Below are positions 10,765 to 23,015 of a DNA stretch of 64,000 nucleotides, piece after piece. The DNA is taken from NCBI GenBank assembly GCA_000092065.1, contig CP000592.1, one strand, 5' to 3'. The translations under genes were made by a program, and so were the position numbers. Origin of the DNA: Ostreococcus lucimarinus (lineage: Eukaryota). The notes under the pieces are model-generated. The model was not told the origin of the DNA and did no database searches. It saw only the letters and a program-made list of their open reading frames with translations. Position 1 is the first letter of the stretch. Every line of letters begins with the position of its first letter.

Positions 10765-11424
10765 CTAGTTCACGAGGTGTGCCGCGATCGTATCGTCTTC
10801 GATGATAAGATTTTCCATTTGCGGTGTCTCGTCGGCTTCTATAGCGCGGCAGATGTGAGTTTTGATGTCAAACTCATCGAGAAATTCATGAACCGTGAAG
10901 AGAAACTTCCTAGCATTTGCGACGATGCGAGTAAGACATTTGTCCATATTCACCGTATTCGGCTCTGCGTTCTCGAGAAGCTCGTAAGTGATGCGCGCGA
11001 TCGCGTTGACGACTGCGCTTTCGTCATAATCTTTGATTTCGAGATCGCTCGCGCTCTTTCCTTCGCCGCTGCCTACGACAGTTTGCAGGTCACTGAATAC
11101 TCTTTCGACGCCCTCTTCCGAAGAACACACATACGACGTCCAACGGTGAGAACTCCTGAGTGACTTCAGCACGCAGTCAATTTTTTTCGATGTATTTTCT
11201 AGCACGAGCAACGTGGAAGACTCGTATCGAATCATCAATCCTGTGTTTCCACAAACGTCTGTGACGCGCGCCTCGAGAGACTCGGATTCCCCGGAATCGT
11301 CCTCTATCGACTGACAAAACAGGAACACTCGGCACAAATAATCTGCAGGGTCTGAGCTAGCGTTGCGCTCTAGTCTTTCTTTCGCCGCCAGAATCACCGC
11401 AGGATCGCAATCGAACGATACCAT
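10765..11424 (-). CDS. Hypothetical protein (219 aa)
   Basis: A clean ATG-to-stop ORF with non-repetitive composition. It sits in a tight tail-to-tail arrangement with the oxygenase gene. No family is assigned with confidence. Confidence 0.5.
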   Translation of the reverse strand: MVSFDCDPAVILAAKERLERNASSDPADYLCRVFLFCQSIEDDSGESESLEARVTDVCGNTGLMIRYESSTLLVLENTSKKIDCVLKSLRSSHRWTSYVCSSEEGVERVFSDLQTVVGSGEGKSASDLEIKDYDESAVVNAIARITYELLENAEPNTVNMDKCLTRIVANARKFLFTVHEFLDEFDIKTHICRAIEADETPQMENLIIEDDTIAAHLVN

Positions 11425-11466
11425 GATGGTTTCGCTAAAAATAAATCCAACGCCGCAGCAGCACGT

Positions 11467-12255
11467 TTAACGCGGAATGATGAAGAGTCTTTCGCTCGGT
11501 TTACGATTCTTCAGCGAGTGAAAGTAATACACGTCTCCTTGTATCGCGCCAAAATCACCTTCAAACGTCGTGTGAAGCTCTGGGACAGTAAGAAGTTCTC
11601 GCAAGGACTCGCTCGAAGTGTCCAACCAAGCCAACAACGCGCAGGAGTCCAGAGATAACCAAAGCACGTTGCGTTGGCTCATGCCTTTTTCGTCCAAACA
11701 CAATGTGGAGTCGCATTGGCATTTTCCTAGATCAATGGGGAAGTTTTCATCGTCCTTCGCCGGATACTCTTTCGCGTGAAACAAGATTCCGAGTCGAACC
11801 ACAGACGACTCGTTCGTCGCCCGCCAAGCAAACGCGTGCGCATGAAACAGATCGAACCGATTTAGCGACGTCGAGGAAGACGATGACGCTGTTTCAAATA
11901 ATTCGACCATGTAAGCGTTGCTCTTGCGATCGCGCATCCGTCGTCCGTATCGTTCTTGCGTCAACTCGCACCCTCGACTCGCCGCGTTCTCGACATTTGG
12001 CACCGCGCGGTGGCGCCAATGCAGCCCATCACCCCATACCCCGGGCGCACGTACCATCGCGCACGGCGCCGGAGGCACACGCACAATCTTTCGCACGCCC
12101 TCGATGTCGTTCGTTCCTCGCGCGAGCGCATCCAACAGCTTTTGCGCGCTCGAGCGCCGTCGCTCTTCGCTCGACCCATCGGCGCGCGCACCGCGGACGC
12201 GCACGACGCGCGCGCGCGGCTTCACCGAAATCCACGTGGATATCGTCATTTGCAT
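11467..12255 (-). CDS. Hypothetical protein
   Basis: The C-terminal ~200 aa are non-repetitive (NVLWLSLDSCALLAWLD, DVYYFHSLKN). ATG 12255 (MQMTIST) was chosen because the upstream part of the ORF overlaps the divergent F-box gene and is low-complexity. Confidence 0.45.
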   Translation of the reverse strand: MQMTISTWISVKPRARVVRVRGARADGSSEERRRSSAQKLLDALARGTNDIEGVRKIVRVPPAPCAMVRAPGVWGDGLHWRHRAVPNVENAASRGCELTQERYGRRMRDRKSNAYMVELFETASSSSSTSLNRFDLFHAHAFAWRATNESSVVRLGILFHAKEYPAKDDENFPIDLGKCQCDSTLCLDEKGMSQRNVLWLSLDSCALLAWLDTSSESLRELLTVPELHTTFEGDFGAIQGDVYYFHSLKNRKPSERLFIIPR

Positions 12256-12391
12256 GGACTTTCGCGGCGCGGCGCGGCGCGGCGCGGCGCGGTTACTTCG
12301 TCGGTTCCATCGCGCGTCGGCGTGTACTGATGTAACGACCGCGCTCGCGGAGCGCCACTCGCGGTCGTGCGACGACGTGGCGTCGCGAGCG

Positions 12392-13282
12392 ATGGAGACG
12401 AGCGCGACGGACGGCGACGGCGACGATGACGACGACTTGGAGGCCGAAATCACGCGCATGATGCTAGAACGACGCGACGATGACGGCGAGAACGCGAAGA
12501 AGCGACCGAGAGTCAGTCGTGCTGCCGACGAAGGCGCGGTCGAGGAGGCAGAGGCTGGGCCTTTTTCGACGCTGCACGACGACGTCGTGTCGCTCATCCT
12601 GCGCTTCCTCGCACCGAACGAATTAACTTCCCTCGCGCAGACGTGTAAATTTTTCGCTGCGCGCTGCGATCAAGACTTCCTATGGAGGCAGTGCTACTTG
12701 GAGAGGTTCGGGAACACAAAGCAGGCGCAAGGAAACGGGATGAAGAAGCTATATCTTGCGGCGGACGCGATGGAAATCAATAGAGAACGTACAAAAGCGC
12801 CCGCAGGCTTCGAGAAAATATGCGCCGAGGCTTGCGCGGCGAAGCGTTCACGCCAAAATGCAGTCCTCGCACCTTTGTGTGAACAGCTAGCGACGGACCG
12901 CGCCGCGAGCGAATGGAAGTCACATAGACAATTTGCCACCGACGCCGACTCGCACGTGTGCAGTCGCCGCGCTGGTTGTTCATACGCCGAATTACCGAGT
13001 AATGTGTTCGTCTGTGAACGCACGGGTAAGGTGCACGTGTGCGATGACACATGTTCAGAGCGCTACTTGGATACTGAAATCGGTACCGAGATATGCGAGG
13101 TTTCTGGGCGAGTCCTGGACACCGTTGCCGCGGATGACGAAGATGAAGATCCACAAGCTGCTGCAGAGCAAGACCAGCATTACTTCGAAAAAGGTTACTT
13201 CGGTCGTGCTTTCGAAGTTGGTTACGGCTGCGACAATGAAGCAGAACTCGCGACGGCGCTCTGGGGAGGCCGACGCTATTGA
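12392..13282 (+). CDS. F-box protein (SKIP31-like)
   Basis: The F-box is LHDDVVSLILRFLAPNELTSLAQTCKFFAARCDQDFLWRQ. A C-terminal Cys-rich segment reads VFVCERTGKVHVCDDTCSERYLD..ICEVSG. ATG 12392 (METSATD) is used; the ORF is open from 11918. Confidence 0.72.
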   Translation: METSATDGDGDDDDDLEAEITRMMLERRDDDGENAKKRPRVSRAADEGAVEEAEAGPFSTLHDDVVSLILRFLAPNELTSLAQTCKFFAARCDQDFLWRQCYLERFGNTKQAQGNGMKKLYLAADAMEINRERTKAPAGFEKICAEACAAKRSRQNAVLAPLCEQLATDRAASEWKSHRQFATDADSHVCSRRAGCSYAELPSNVFVCERTGKVHVCDDTCSERYLDTEIGTEICEVSGRVLDTVAADDEDEDPQAAAEQDQHYFEKGYFGRAFEVGYGCDNEAELATALWGGRRY

Positions 13283-13515
13283 CAAATTCCTAGTCGCATT
13301 AGGTTTAGAGTTTAGCAAAAAGAACTGCAAAAAATCATTTCTTTCGTTTAATCGCGTTTCCTCGAGATCTCTCGGCGCGTTCGGACACGAGCGCACGGTT
13401 CGCGAAACAACGACAGCCGCGCGCAAATTCAAAACTCTTCACAACCCAGCGCATGCACGCGCGGTGTTTGCGCGTGCCTTACTCGTTCATCCACCCTCGT
13501 CGCTCGTCGTCGGTC

Positions 13516-14424
13516 ATGAGTGACTTAAAGCGCAAAGAGCGTCCAATCACGAGCTTTTTCAAGCCCGTCAACGCGCGCGCGAGCGGGGCGGACGAGAACA
13601 CGTCCGATGGCGTGGCTCAAGATGTGAAAAAGTTGAAGGAAAACATGCCGGTGATCGCGGCGACGCCCACGGACGTCGTCAAGACGCCGATGACGACGAG
13701 TGGGGTGTCATCACCGTCGCAGCACGCCTACGCGAGTTTGCTCAAAGATGAACAATGGCGAAAGGTCCTCGCCCAAGAGTTCACCAAGCCGTATTGGGAT
13801 AAACTGGAAAAATTTTTAGAGAGCGAAGAAAAGGCGCGCGCCAAGATTTTCCCACCGAAGCAGCATGTGTTTCGTGCGTTCGATTCATGCGCGATGGAAG
13901 ACGTTAAGGTGGTGATCATCGGTCAAGATCCCTATCACGACGATGGACAAGCGATGGGATTGTGCTTTTCCGTGCCGAGGGGCGTCAAGGTACCGTCGAG
14001 TTTGCACAATATTTATAAGGAGTTGAAATCGGATTTGAACTGTAAGATCCCGATGCACGGAGATTTGGATAAGTGGGCGAAACAAGGGGTGTTCTTGTTA
14101 AACGTGTCTCTCACTGTTCGAGCGCATCAAGCGAACAGTCACTCCAAGAAGGGTTGGGAAAATTTCACAGACGCGGCGATTCGCGAAATTGCGAAAAATA
14201 GAAAAGGTTTGGTATTTTTACTGTGGGGAAAGAATGCGCAAGAGAAGGAAAAGTTGATCTCTAAGCAAAACAATCATTTGATTCTCAAGTGTCCGCATCC
14301 GTCTGGTTTGTCGGCGCACAGAGGTTTCTTCGGCTCAAAGCACTTTTCTCAGTGCAACAAATTTATCGAATCGAACGGCGGCGAACCAATCGATTGGCAA
14401 ATCGAGGGACCGTACAGGAATTAA
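13516..14424 (+). CDS. UNG: Uracil-DNA glycosylase (family 1, UNG)
   Basis: Motifs present are VVIIGQDPYH (water-activating loop), GVFLLN and CPHPSGLSAHRGF (Leu-intercalation loop). An N-terminal RPITSFF resembles the PCNA-interacting box of nuclear UNG. Confidence 0.9.
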   Translation: MSDLKRKERPITSFFKPVNARASGADENTSDGVAQDVKKLKENMPVIAATPTDVVKTPMTTSGVSSPSQHAYASLLKDEQWRKVLAQEFTKPYWDKLEKFLESEEKARAKIFPPKQHVFRAFDSCAMEDVKVVIIGQDPYHDDGQAMGLCFSVPRGVKVPSSLHNIYKELKSDLNCKIPMHGDLDKWAKQGVFLLNVSLTVRAHQANSHSKKGWENFTDAAIREIAKNRKGLVFLLWGKNAQEKEKLISKQNNHLILKCPHPSGLSAHRGFFGSKHFSQCNKFIESNGGEPIDWQIEGPYRN

Positions 14425-14460
14425 GGCTTGTTTGTAATGTTGTTTTAATTCACATATTCG

Positions 14461-15820
14461 CTATCGTTCGACTAATTTTGTTATCGTCTCAACTACTTCG
14501 TTGAGTGTGTGCGACACGCTTATTACGTTTGCATTCCAGACAGAGACGGGATCGTCGTGAGACGGCGACACGTTGTCAAAGTACACAAAACGATCAACTT
14601 GGTCTATGTATCCTTGCACACGCTGATCGTAGATCAACTTCGCCGCCAACTTCTCTGCCTCAGCATCACTCACACCCAAAATTTCCCCAAGATGATCGAA
14701 ACTTATGTTCTCGTATGCATACTTCATGCTCTCTAAATTGTGTTCCATAATAGCCTGCTCAAACGCAGACACGCCGTCGGCGCGAACTTCGACATGATGC
14801 GGACTTAGGAAGGTCTGGAATTCTTTCGCTTCATCTGCTCTGATGATGCGTCTGAATTCAATCTTCTCAAGAAACGGGTAAACGGGTAATTCTCTCACGT
14901 TCGTATCTAGCCGAAACGAACGAAGCAAACGATCTCTCTGAACAGAGGAGGAAAGAATCGCACACACAACTGCGCGCGTCATCGTTCCTGCGTCGCTTTG
15001 ATTTTCTAGTCGAGACATTTCGGTATAGCGCAACGCAGCATCCATAAACTTGCCCACTCTATCAGAAACTTTTGCCCAGCACGCATGGTATTCATGCAGC
15101 AGCTCGGGCTTTTTTTGAAGCTCAGCCGGCAGCTGCGAGAGCAACGCGTGCGTCTTGTTTACGTGCTTCTCTGCCTTGTCCAATTCATTCGCTTCCAAGT
15201 ACATGTTCGCGGTTTCAAGCGTTATCTTGAGCTTGTACTCACCCGAACCCGCACTTGAGGGTTGCACTTCGATTCCCGCCAGCACGTCAGCGGCCTCGGA
15301 CCAATTCTTTGCCTCAGCTAACCGTCTCGCCAACGCCTCACGCACCGGCCACACACTCTCCTCAAACGATACCAGTCGCGGTTGCGTCTTCGCCAACACC
15401 GCCGCCGCCAATCTCTTATGCGTCGTCGCATCTAAATTTATGAAAGTTTTCGACACTTGTGCTATGATCTCTCGCGATATCGCCAGCGGTACGCTATCCG
15501 AAACGACTACTCGTCGAAGAATCAATCGATTGGTTACGCGCCGTCGTCAGTCTCCGGTCTCCGTTCGCGTCCCGTCCCGTCGCGTCCCGTCGCGTCGCAT
15601 CGCGTCGCGTCGCGTCGCGTCATCGCGTCGTCGCGTCGTTATCGCACGCACTGTGATCCATGAACGCCTCGAATCCGTCCTCGACGTCCATCGAGGTCGA
15701 CGTCGTCTCGACCGATGCCATCACCTCTCGCGCCAACGCTTCGTACGCCCTTTGACGCGCCGCGGAATCGTGTTCGAGCGTGATGGCGCGCAGGCGATCA
15801 TCGAGCGACATCGACGTCAT
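14461..15820 (-). CDS. CSN4: COP9 signalosome subunit 4 (two exons: 15652-15820 and 14461-15506)
   Basis: A PCI-domain protein collinear with CSN4 (TQPRLVSFEESV..., EYKLKITLETANMYLE..., AIMEHNL...). Intron 15507-15651 has a GTGCGTGCGAT donor, CTGAC and TAG. It joins ...EAFMDH|IVSDSVPLAISRE in frame and restores the N-terminus and a ~400-aa length. Confidence 0.85.
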
Positions 15821-15870
15821 CCACCTCGCGCGTCCTCGCGCGCGTCGCGCGCGCGTGTGTCGGGACGCGT

Positions 15871-15921
15871 TCGATTCGATTCGATTCGATTCCGGTTCGG
15901 TTCGGTTCGGTTCGGTTCGGT
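15871..15921. repeat. Compound pentanucleotide microsatellite (TCGAT)4 followed by (CGGTT)5
   Basis: Direct reading: tcgattcgattcgattcgat tc cggttcggttcggttcggttcggttcggt. It lies in the divergent spacer between the CSN4 and Kelch/EGF genes. Confidence 0.95.
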
Positions 15922-16214
15922 CTGTCGGTCCGACGCCGCGGCGTTCCCAGAGCGCGACGGGCGACGGGCGACGGGCGAGCGCGCGAGCGAGGCGCGCGAG
16001 CGAGTCAAACGCGCGTCTCGCGCGTCGCGCCCGTCGCGCGTCGAACGCGATGCCGCGCGCGCGGTCGTCGCGCGTCGAACGCGCGACGCGGTCGTTTAAA
16101 GATGACGAGCCGCGGGGACGTCGAGAGGGATCGGAGGCGAACGAGCGCGGCGACGAGACGCGCGAGGGCGAGAAACGACGATGGAGTCGAAGATTTCAAA
16201 GCGCGTCGCGCGCG

Positions 16215-18578
16215 ATGGTGATGGTAATCGCCCTGACGTGCGCGCTCGAGACGCCGAGAGGAGCGCGCGCGGGGAACGCGTTCGCCAGGCAAACGCCGGT
16301 CGGGGACTTGGGATTCCTCGGCGTGCCGGGACCGCCGGGAAGAAGCGGACACAAGGCGGTGGTGACGGATGATTCGCAAATGTTCATCTTCGGCGGACGC
16401 GCGAAGTCGACGAACGGGGATTTTTTGAACGACTTTTGGATGTACGACTGGGAGACGGGCTCGTGGGTGGCGTACACGCCAAACGAATTGTTGTGCGATC
16501 AGTGTTCAACGTGTCAGGACACGGGAGCAACGTGTTACGATTGGACGGGATTGCGACCTTATAGCGAGCCGACGCTGAAGGAAGGGAAAAATAGGAAGGA
16601 GCGTTCGATACCGAGCGGGCGAATCCATCACGGGATGGCGCTCACGCTCAACCGCGAGACTGGGATTCGGGATACCATCATCATGTATGGAGGCGAGAGC
16701 ATCGATTGCACTGATTACTGCGACGATGTTTGGCACTACAATATTCCGAACAATCTATGGAGCAAAAGATCCTTCACCGGACAGGAACAGCGACCCGTGA
16801 GACGATGGAAGCACGCCATGACGGATTACTACGACGCTGTCTTCTTATTTGGAGGACACTCGCAAAGATTACTCTCGACGACTGCGAATGCGGCGAACCA
16901 GACCAACGATACATCGTTTTATTACGACACTGATGTCGTTTATGACGGCACTAGGCCGTTATTCATGGAAGATCTTTGGGTTTACAACGCTACGAATCGC
17001 CAGTGGGAGTACCTCGAGCCTTCATGCACGACGTGTTCTAGTACCACGACAGAGAGTGACGGTACGGCGGACCGAGATTTATACGGCCCTCGTGGCCGAA
17101 CTGGTGCAAGCCTGGTGAGCTATGAAGACTCTTTGTACCTTTTTGGCGGCTACTCCTATGGAGGTGAATCAAACTTCAAAGAGCTGTATCCCGTACCCAA
17201 GAATGAAACGATCCGTCAGTTGCTGTACCCATCGCTGGAGAGTAAGTATTTTCTTAACGACCTTTGGCGGTACGACATTTTGACAAACTCTTGGACTGAG
17301 TTAATGCCGAGAACAAATTACACTGCGAAACCTGAGCGGAGGCACGGACATTCTGCCACAGTTGTGTTGAAAGATTCTGTCGCGGTGATGCTCATTCAGG
17401 GAGGTCGCACGTGGGAAGACGAAATCGGAGATATGTGGCAGTATAACATTTCATCCAACGTGTGGACTGAGATCGTTCCAGAAGGTGATTATCCCTCACG
17501 ACGAGAAGGATCGACAATGGTCTCTGTTGGTCAGACTTCGACATTTAGATCTGGTTCATCACGTCAGGCTGGTCGCGCGTTGATATTCGGAGGTCATGGT
17601 TGTCTGAAAGGCAAGACATATGCTGAAGCTGTGGCCGCTGCAGCCGCTGCAAGTACGGGTACGGTCGGTAGAACATATGTGGACGATCTTTCTGGGGTGA
17701 CTGTGGACTGGCAAAGCAAGTATAGTGTAACTACGACGGGTAAGCTTGTGATAAACGGCGTGACGATGGAAGACGCCAGCGATCCTACATTTTTGGCTGT
17801 TGAAGATGGAACAACACAAGTGCAAACAGTCACGAGCTATGGTGAGACGGTTTGTACTGAAGAACTCAGTGATCTTTGGCAGTATCTTCCAGATGAATGC
17901 CCGAACGATTGCAGTCGATCTGGTACGTGTAGCTTCAACACGTGCATGTGCTCAAAAGGGTATTACGGCAACGATTGCTCGTTGCCAGAGTGTCCTCAGT
18001 CAAATTGCACATTTGATAGCGTTGGACGTAAAATGGTGTGTAATCACTGCAGTGGCCGAGGTGAGTGTAGTAACGGTGTGTGCGTGAACTGCGCTTACCC
18101 GTCGAGTGGCACCTATTGCGAAATTAAAGTTGGTTTGTGTACGACATGCGAGTGTTACGAAGACAACGGTGAAGAACCCCCGGAGGGCTTGGACTGTGGT
18201 TTGGTGTTGGTTTGCCCGAAGAATCCTTCTGTTCCAAGTTCTGCAGAGTGCTCGGGCAACGGTATTTGTGTAGAAGGCGTGTGTAACTGCTATCCTGGGT
18301 TCACTGAAAGCATGGTGGTTACTCGAGTCGGCGACGCTCGATTTCCTGCCAATCTCGACGTGAATGGCACAGTTGTTCCCGCCCCAGAATGCGGTTATGA
18401 TGAGACGGCGCCCAACAAGTACAACAAAGCTCTAGTGACAGATGCGTGTATACCGACGTACATCAAAGATTGTGGTGACTTTCTGTACGAGATGGCGGGT
18501 TCAAGAAGGACTGCTGGACTCGGCGTCGCCGCACTCATAGCGATACTGACGTTTCAAGCATTGGTCGACCTCGGGTAA
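16215..18578 (+). CDS. Type I membrane protein with Kelch-type beta-propeller repeats and EGF-like Cys-rich modules (attractin/MEGF8-like)
   Basis: A signal-like MVMVIALTCALE is followed by repeated GH..V....MFIFGG / LYLFGG / LIFGG kelch signatures. EGF-like modules read CPNDCSRSGTCSFNTCMCSKGYYGNDC and CSGRGECSNGVCVNC. The C-terminal TM segment is GLGVAALIAILTFQALV. The start is uncertain (ORF open from 15780). Confidence 0.72.
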   Translation: MVMVIALTCALETPRGARAGNAFARQTPVGDLGFLGVPGPPGRSGHKAVVTDDSQMFIFGGRAKSTNGDFLNDFWMYDWETGSWVAYTPNELLCDQCSTCQDTGATCYDWTGLRPYSEPTLKEGKNRKERSIPSGRIHHGMALTLNRETGIRDTIIMYGGESIDCTDYCDDVWHYNIPNNLWSKRSFTGQEQRPVRRWKHAMTDYYDAVFLFGGHSQRLLSTTANAANQTNDTSFYYDTDVVYDGTRPLFMEDLWVYNATNRQWEYLEPSCTTCSSTTTESDGTADRDLYGPRGRTGASLVSYEDSLYLFGGYSYGGESNFKELYPVPKNETIRQLLYPSLESKYFLNDLWRYDILTNSWTELMPRTNYTAKPERRHGHSATVVLKDSVAVMLIQGGRTWEDEIGDMWQYNISSNVWTEIVPEGDYPSRREGSTMVSVGQTSTFRSGSSRQAGRALIFGGHGCLKGKTYAEAVAAAAAASTGTVGRTYVDDLSGVTVDWQSKYSVTTTGKLVINGVTMEDASDPTFLAVEDGTTQVQTVTSYGETVCTEELSDLWQYLPDECPNDCSRSGTCSFNTCMCSKGYYGNDCSLPECPQSNCTFDSVGRKMVCNHCSGRGECSNGVCVNCAYPSSGTYCEIKVGLCTTCECYEDNGEEPPEGLDCGLVLVCPKNPSVPSSAECSGNGICVEGVCNCYPGFTESMVVTRVGDARFPANLDVNGTVVPAPECGYDETAPNKYNKALVTDACIPTYIKDCGDFLYEMAGSRRTAGLGVAALIAILTFQALVDLG

Positions 18579-18818
18579 ATCATTACTACTAGAAGCTAGC
18601 AAACCATAATGTGATGAATTCTCGAAACTTAGAAGATTTTGACCCCTGCACGAGGGAGATTCGTCGTGCACGTCGCAGCGACCCGCTCGAGACAAAGATT
18701 GCCTAGCACCAAAGCAACAGACGTCACAGTGTGAGGGGCGGCGAAGCGCTAGCGCCGCGTGTGTGACTCGATAAAGACGAAAGAGTCGGTCTCGCACAGT
18801 CCTTAGCCTCACGCTGCG

Positions 18819-19742
18819 ATGACGACGCTGGAGGCGAGCTCTAACGAACGCCGCGCCGGCGCCGCTGAAACGATTTCTGAACAGCTCCTCGTTGAGGAAC
18901 TGGTGTCGTCGGAGTCCGAGGGCGACAACGTTCGCTCGGTTGACATACAAGCCATTGCGCGTCGAGTGCAGCGAGCGAATAGGACTCTGTCCGCTGAAAC
19001 CGCGGCCACGATCAGTGGAGAGCAGGAAGAGAAACTTGCCCTCGCTGCAGTGCATCTTTGGCGGGCAAAGATGCACGTGCGGCTTTCAAATCTTTACTCG
19101 GAGAAGGCCTGGGATAGCAAAAAGTTTCCACGTAAATTTTATTTGAAGTACAGGGGCTTCGGACCGACACATCAGCGTAGCGACTTGGTTGAATTTAGAA
19201 AGCTCTACTTGCGGTGTGCGTTATCCAGCTCCGAGCGTGCCGTTGAATTGGCACCGTTCTCCTACGAATGCGTGATGTTGAAGGCATGCATATTGTGTCT
19301 ACTCATTAGTTTCGGAGGATATATGCGCGACATTTACTGCGAGAAAGCGTTGACGAGTTGCCGGCGAGCAATGTCGCTGCACCGCATGCCGCAAATTGCC
19401 GACAACAGAGAAAGAGCCATCCTGTACAACTCTACGCAAGATAGAACGAGCGCGCAGGCGACGGAATCAAGCCGATCGGATGCACGTATGGCGTCCTTGT
19501 GGAATATGGCCATTTTCGCCGCTCACACAGTCGCGACGAAACGAGGGTCTTGGGATGCGGATACGTTGTGGGCTGACAGACAAAATTCACTCGGTTCAGG
19601 CACATCGTGTGAGCTGCCATCAGGCGATTTACCGACGAGCTCGCTCGAAGAACTCGTTTCATGGAACATGTGGGGTAATAATTGGACTGGTTTGGGAGAG
19701 AATAGCACGCTGCAGGATGTACTCGCTGACTGCAAGGAATAG
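18819..19742 (+). CDS. Hypothetical protein (307 aa)
   Basis: An ATG-to-stop ORF with non-repetitive, AT-richer sequence. No family was recognised. Confidence 0.45.
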   Translation: MTTLEASSNERRAGAAETISEQLLVEELVSSESEGDNVRSVDIQAIARRVQRANRTLSAETAATISGEQEEKLALAAVHLWRAKMHVRLSNLYSEKAWDSKKFPRKFYLKYRGFGPTHQRSDLVEFRKLYLRCALSSSERAVELAPFSYECVMLKACILCLLISFGGYMRDIYCEKALTSCRRAMSLHRMPQIADNRERAILYNSTQDRTSAQATESSRSDARMASLWNMAIFAAHTVATKRGSWDADTLWADRQNSLGSGTSCELPSGDLPTSSLEELVSWNMWGNNWTGLGENSTLQDVLADCKE

Positions 19743-20285
19743 ATAGATATCTGATTTAATTTAGATGTATTATTAGTAGCACTCATTTTCGATCGATACG
19801 CGCATCATCGCGGAAGTTCGACAGGATCGCAACAATAAACTCTTGTATACATTTTATCCCGTATTTTCGATCGAAATCAAGAGCAAAACGCATCGTGCCA
19901 AGGTACAAATACAAATTAAAGTTTGGGCGATGGTCAAAATAAATAATTTAATTCAACAGCTATCGGCGAATAAGTCGCCGAAAGAGATCTCAATGAAGCC
20001 ACGGAGGCGAACTTCTCCTCGTATTGTCAGACTGACGCTTGTAACGCTGATTCTCCGCGTCGTCGTGCATTGAGGCGTCGATATGAGCGATCGAGTTGTT
20101 AATTATTCTCACCTGACGAACATTAATTAAAAAAGTAATTCCGATCTTCGTGTTATCGAGAATCGCACGTCAAATCTCGATGCAGACGCCCACGAACGCA
20201 CGTCAGCGACGATAGCGCAAAAAACTTAACGGAAATGACGGAAACGGGCGAAGGAGTAAAGCAATTACTTTCGATATTTATTTAA

Positions 20286-21702
<1,417 letters not shown>

Positions 21703-21865
21703 CGCCACCGATCTCGACGCGCGCGCGCGAGTCCGGTGACGCGCCCCGATGTTCGCATCCAGCCGCCCGGGTCGCCGGCGCGTTTGGCGCGCGACTGATT
21801 GCGATTCGGCGTCACCGCGCGCGTCCGCGCCGCAGTGCGCGGCGCGAGACGCGCGGTCGGGAACG

Positions 21866-22936
21866 ATGGGCGACGAAGGCGACGCAATCGTCCCGACCGA
21901 CGCCGCGGCGACGAAGAAGGCGTCGTTCGGCGGCGGTGGGTTCAAGAAACGCGGCGCGAACGCGCGCGCGAACGCGCGAAAGCGCGCGGCGGCGTCGAGT
22001 TCGGACGACGACGACGGCGGTGGTGGTGGGTTCGATGACGGCGAAGACGAACAGAACGTCGGGCGTAAGAAGCGGAGTCAAGGCATCGTGGCATCCTCGC
22101 GCGATGGTAAAGGCAAGTACGAGAGGTTCGCATTTGAAGGTTCGAAGACGGTGCGGGCGCGCGGAGACATGGGGGCGACGGCGGAACTAGAGATCGATAC
22201 GAGCAAGGAGATGGATGGACGAGCGATGCGAGAACAGGTGCTGAAACAAGCCATCGACCGCGCCGATGGATTCGAGGACGACAAGAAGTATCGCGGGACG
22301 AATGCGTACGTGGACTATCGAGCCGGGTTCCGTCGCGAGCAGACGATTTCGAGCGAGAAGGGCCGAGGGGCGCACGGTCCGATGCGAGCGGCGACGAATA
22401 TTCGGTCGACTTTCGTCATGGACTACAAACCAGACATTTGCAAAGACTACAAGCAAACCGGTTTCTGTGGATGGGGCGACGCGTGCAAGTTTTTACACGA
22501 TAGAGGAGATTACAAACAAGGCTGGCAGCTCGACAAGGATTGGGAGCAAAAAGAACAGGCGCGCAAAGCGGCCGAAGCTCGCATGGCCAAGCTCGGCGAA
22601 GATGGCGTCGCGGAAGAGTCCGATGAAGAGTATGTCAACGACATCCCCGAATCTTGCGCGATTTGCGACACCTCCTGGCTCGAAGCGAAGTTTCCAGTCG
22701 CGACGGCGTGCGGACACTTTTTTTGCGAGCGCTGCGCGTTGCAACACAACGCCAAGCAAACGACGTGTTTCACGTGCGACAAAGAGACTGGAGGCACGTT
22801 TAACGCCGCTAAAGAAATCATCAAGCGCGTGAAAGAGTGCAAGGCCACCGGACGCGCGTGGGGGATGCGACAAAAGAAGGAAAAGCGCGCCGACGACAAG
22901 GCGCAATCCAATCAAGCGGGTTGGGTGCTCGGTTAA
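21866..22936 (+). CDS. CWC24: CCCH zinc-finger / RING protein, spliceosomal CWC24 / RNF113 homologue
   Basis: The C3H1 finger is CKDYKQTGFCGWGDACKFLH. It is followed by the RING CAICDTSW..ACGHFFCERCALQH....CFTC. ATG 21866 is used (ORF open from 21749). Confidence 0.85.
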   Translation: MGDEGDAIVPTDAAATKKASFGGGGFKKRGANARANARKRAAASSSDDDDGGGGGFDDGEDEQNVGRKKRSQGIVASSRDGKGKYERFAFEGSKTVRARGDMGATAELEIDTSKEMDGRAMREQVLKQAIDRADGFEDDKKYRGTNAYVDYRAGFRREQTISSEKGRGAHGPMRAATNIRSTFVMDYKPDICKDYKQTGFCGWGDACKFLHDRGDYKQGWQLDKDWEQKEQARKAAEARMAKLGEDGVAEESDEEYVNDIPESCAICDTSWLEAKFPVATACGHFFCERCALQHNAKQTTCFTCDKETGGTFNAAKEIIKRVKECKATGRAWGMRQKKEKRADDKAQSNQAGWVLG

Positions 22937-23015
22937 TAGTCACTAGTTAGAGTACGTTGATAAAAACAAGCAGCTAAGGCGGCGCAAATAACACAATCTT
23001 CGACGCGCTCGAACG

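Noticed and set aside
10765-11424. Resemblance of the 219-aa hypothetical protein to a BLUF photoreceptor fold (LCRVFLFCQ...GNTGLMIRYESSTLLVLEN...SSHRW against LYRLIYSS...GITG.L......Q.LEG...D.RH)
   Set aside because: The photoactive Tyr and Gln positions would be Cys and Leu. The match rests on a by-eye alignment of short segments. A profile or structure-prediction search is needed before any claim can be made.
19960-20125. A possible tiny spliced gene on the minus strand of the AT-rich spacer (ATGTTCGTCAG|GTGAGA... mini-exon, plus 26-37 aa ORFs)
   Set aside because: The products match no known small protein. The donor differs from the local GTGCG consensus and no CTGAC branch is suitably placed.
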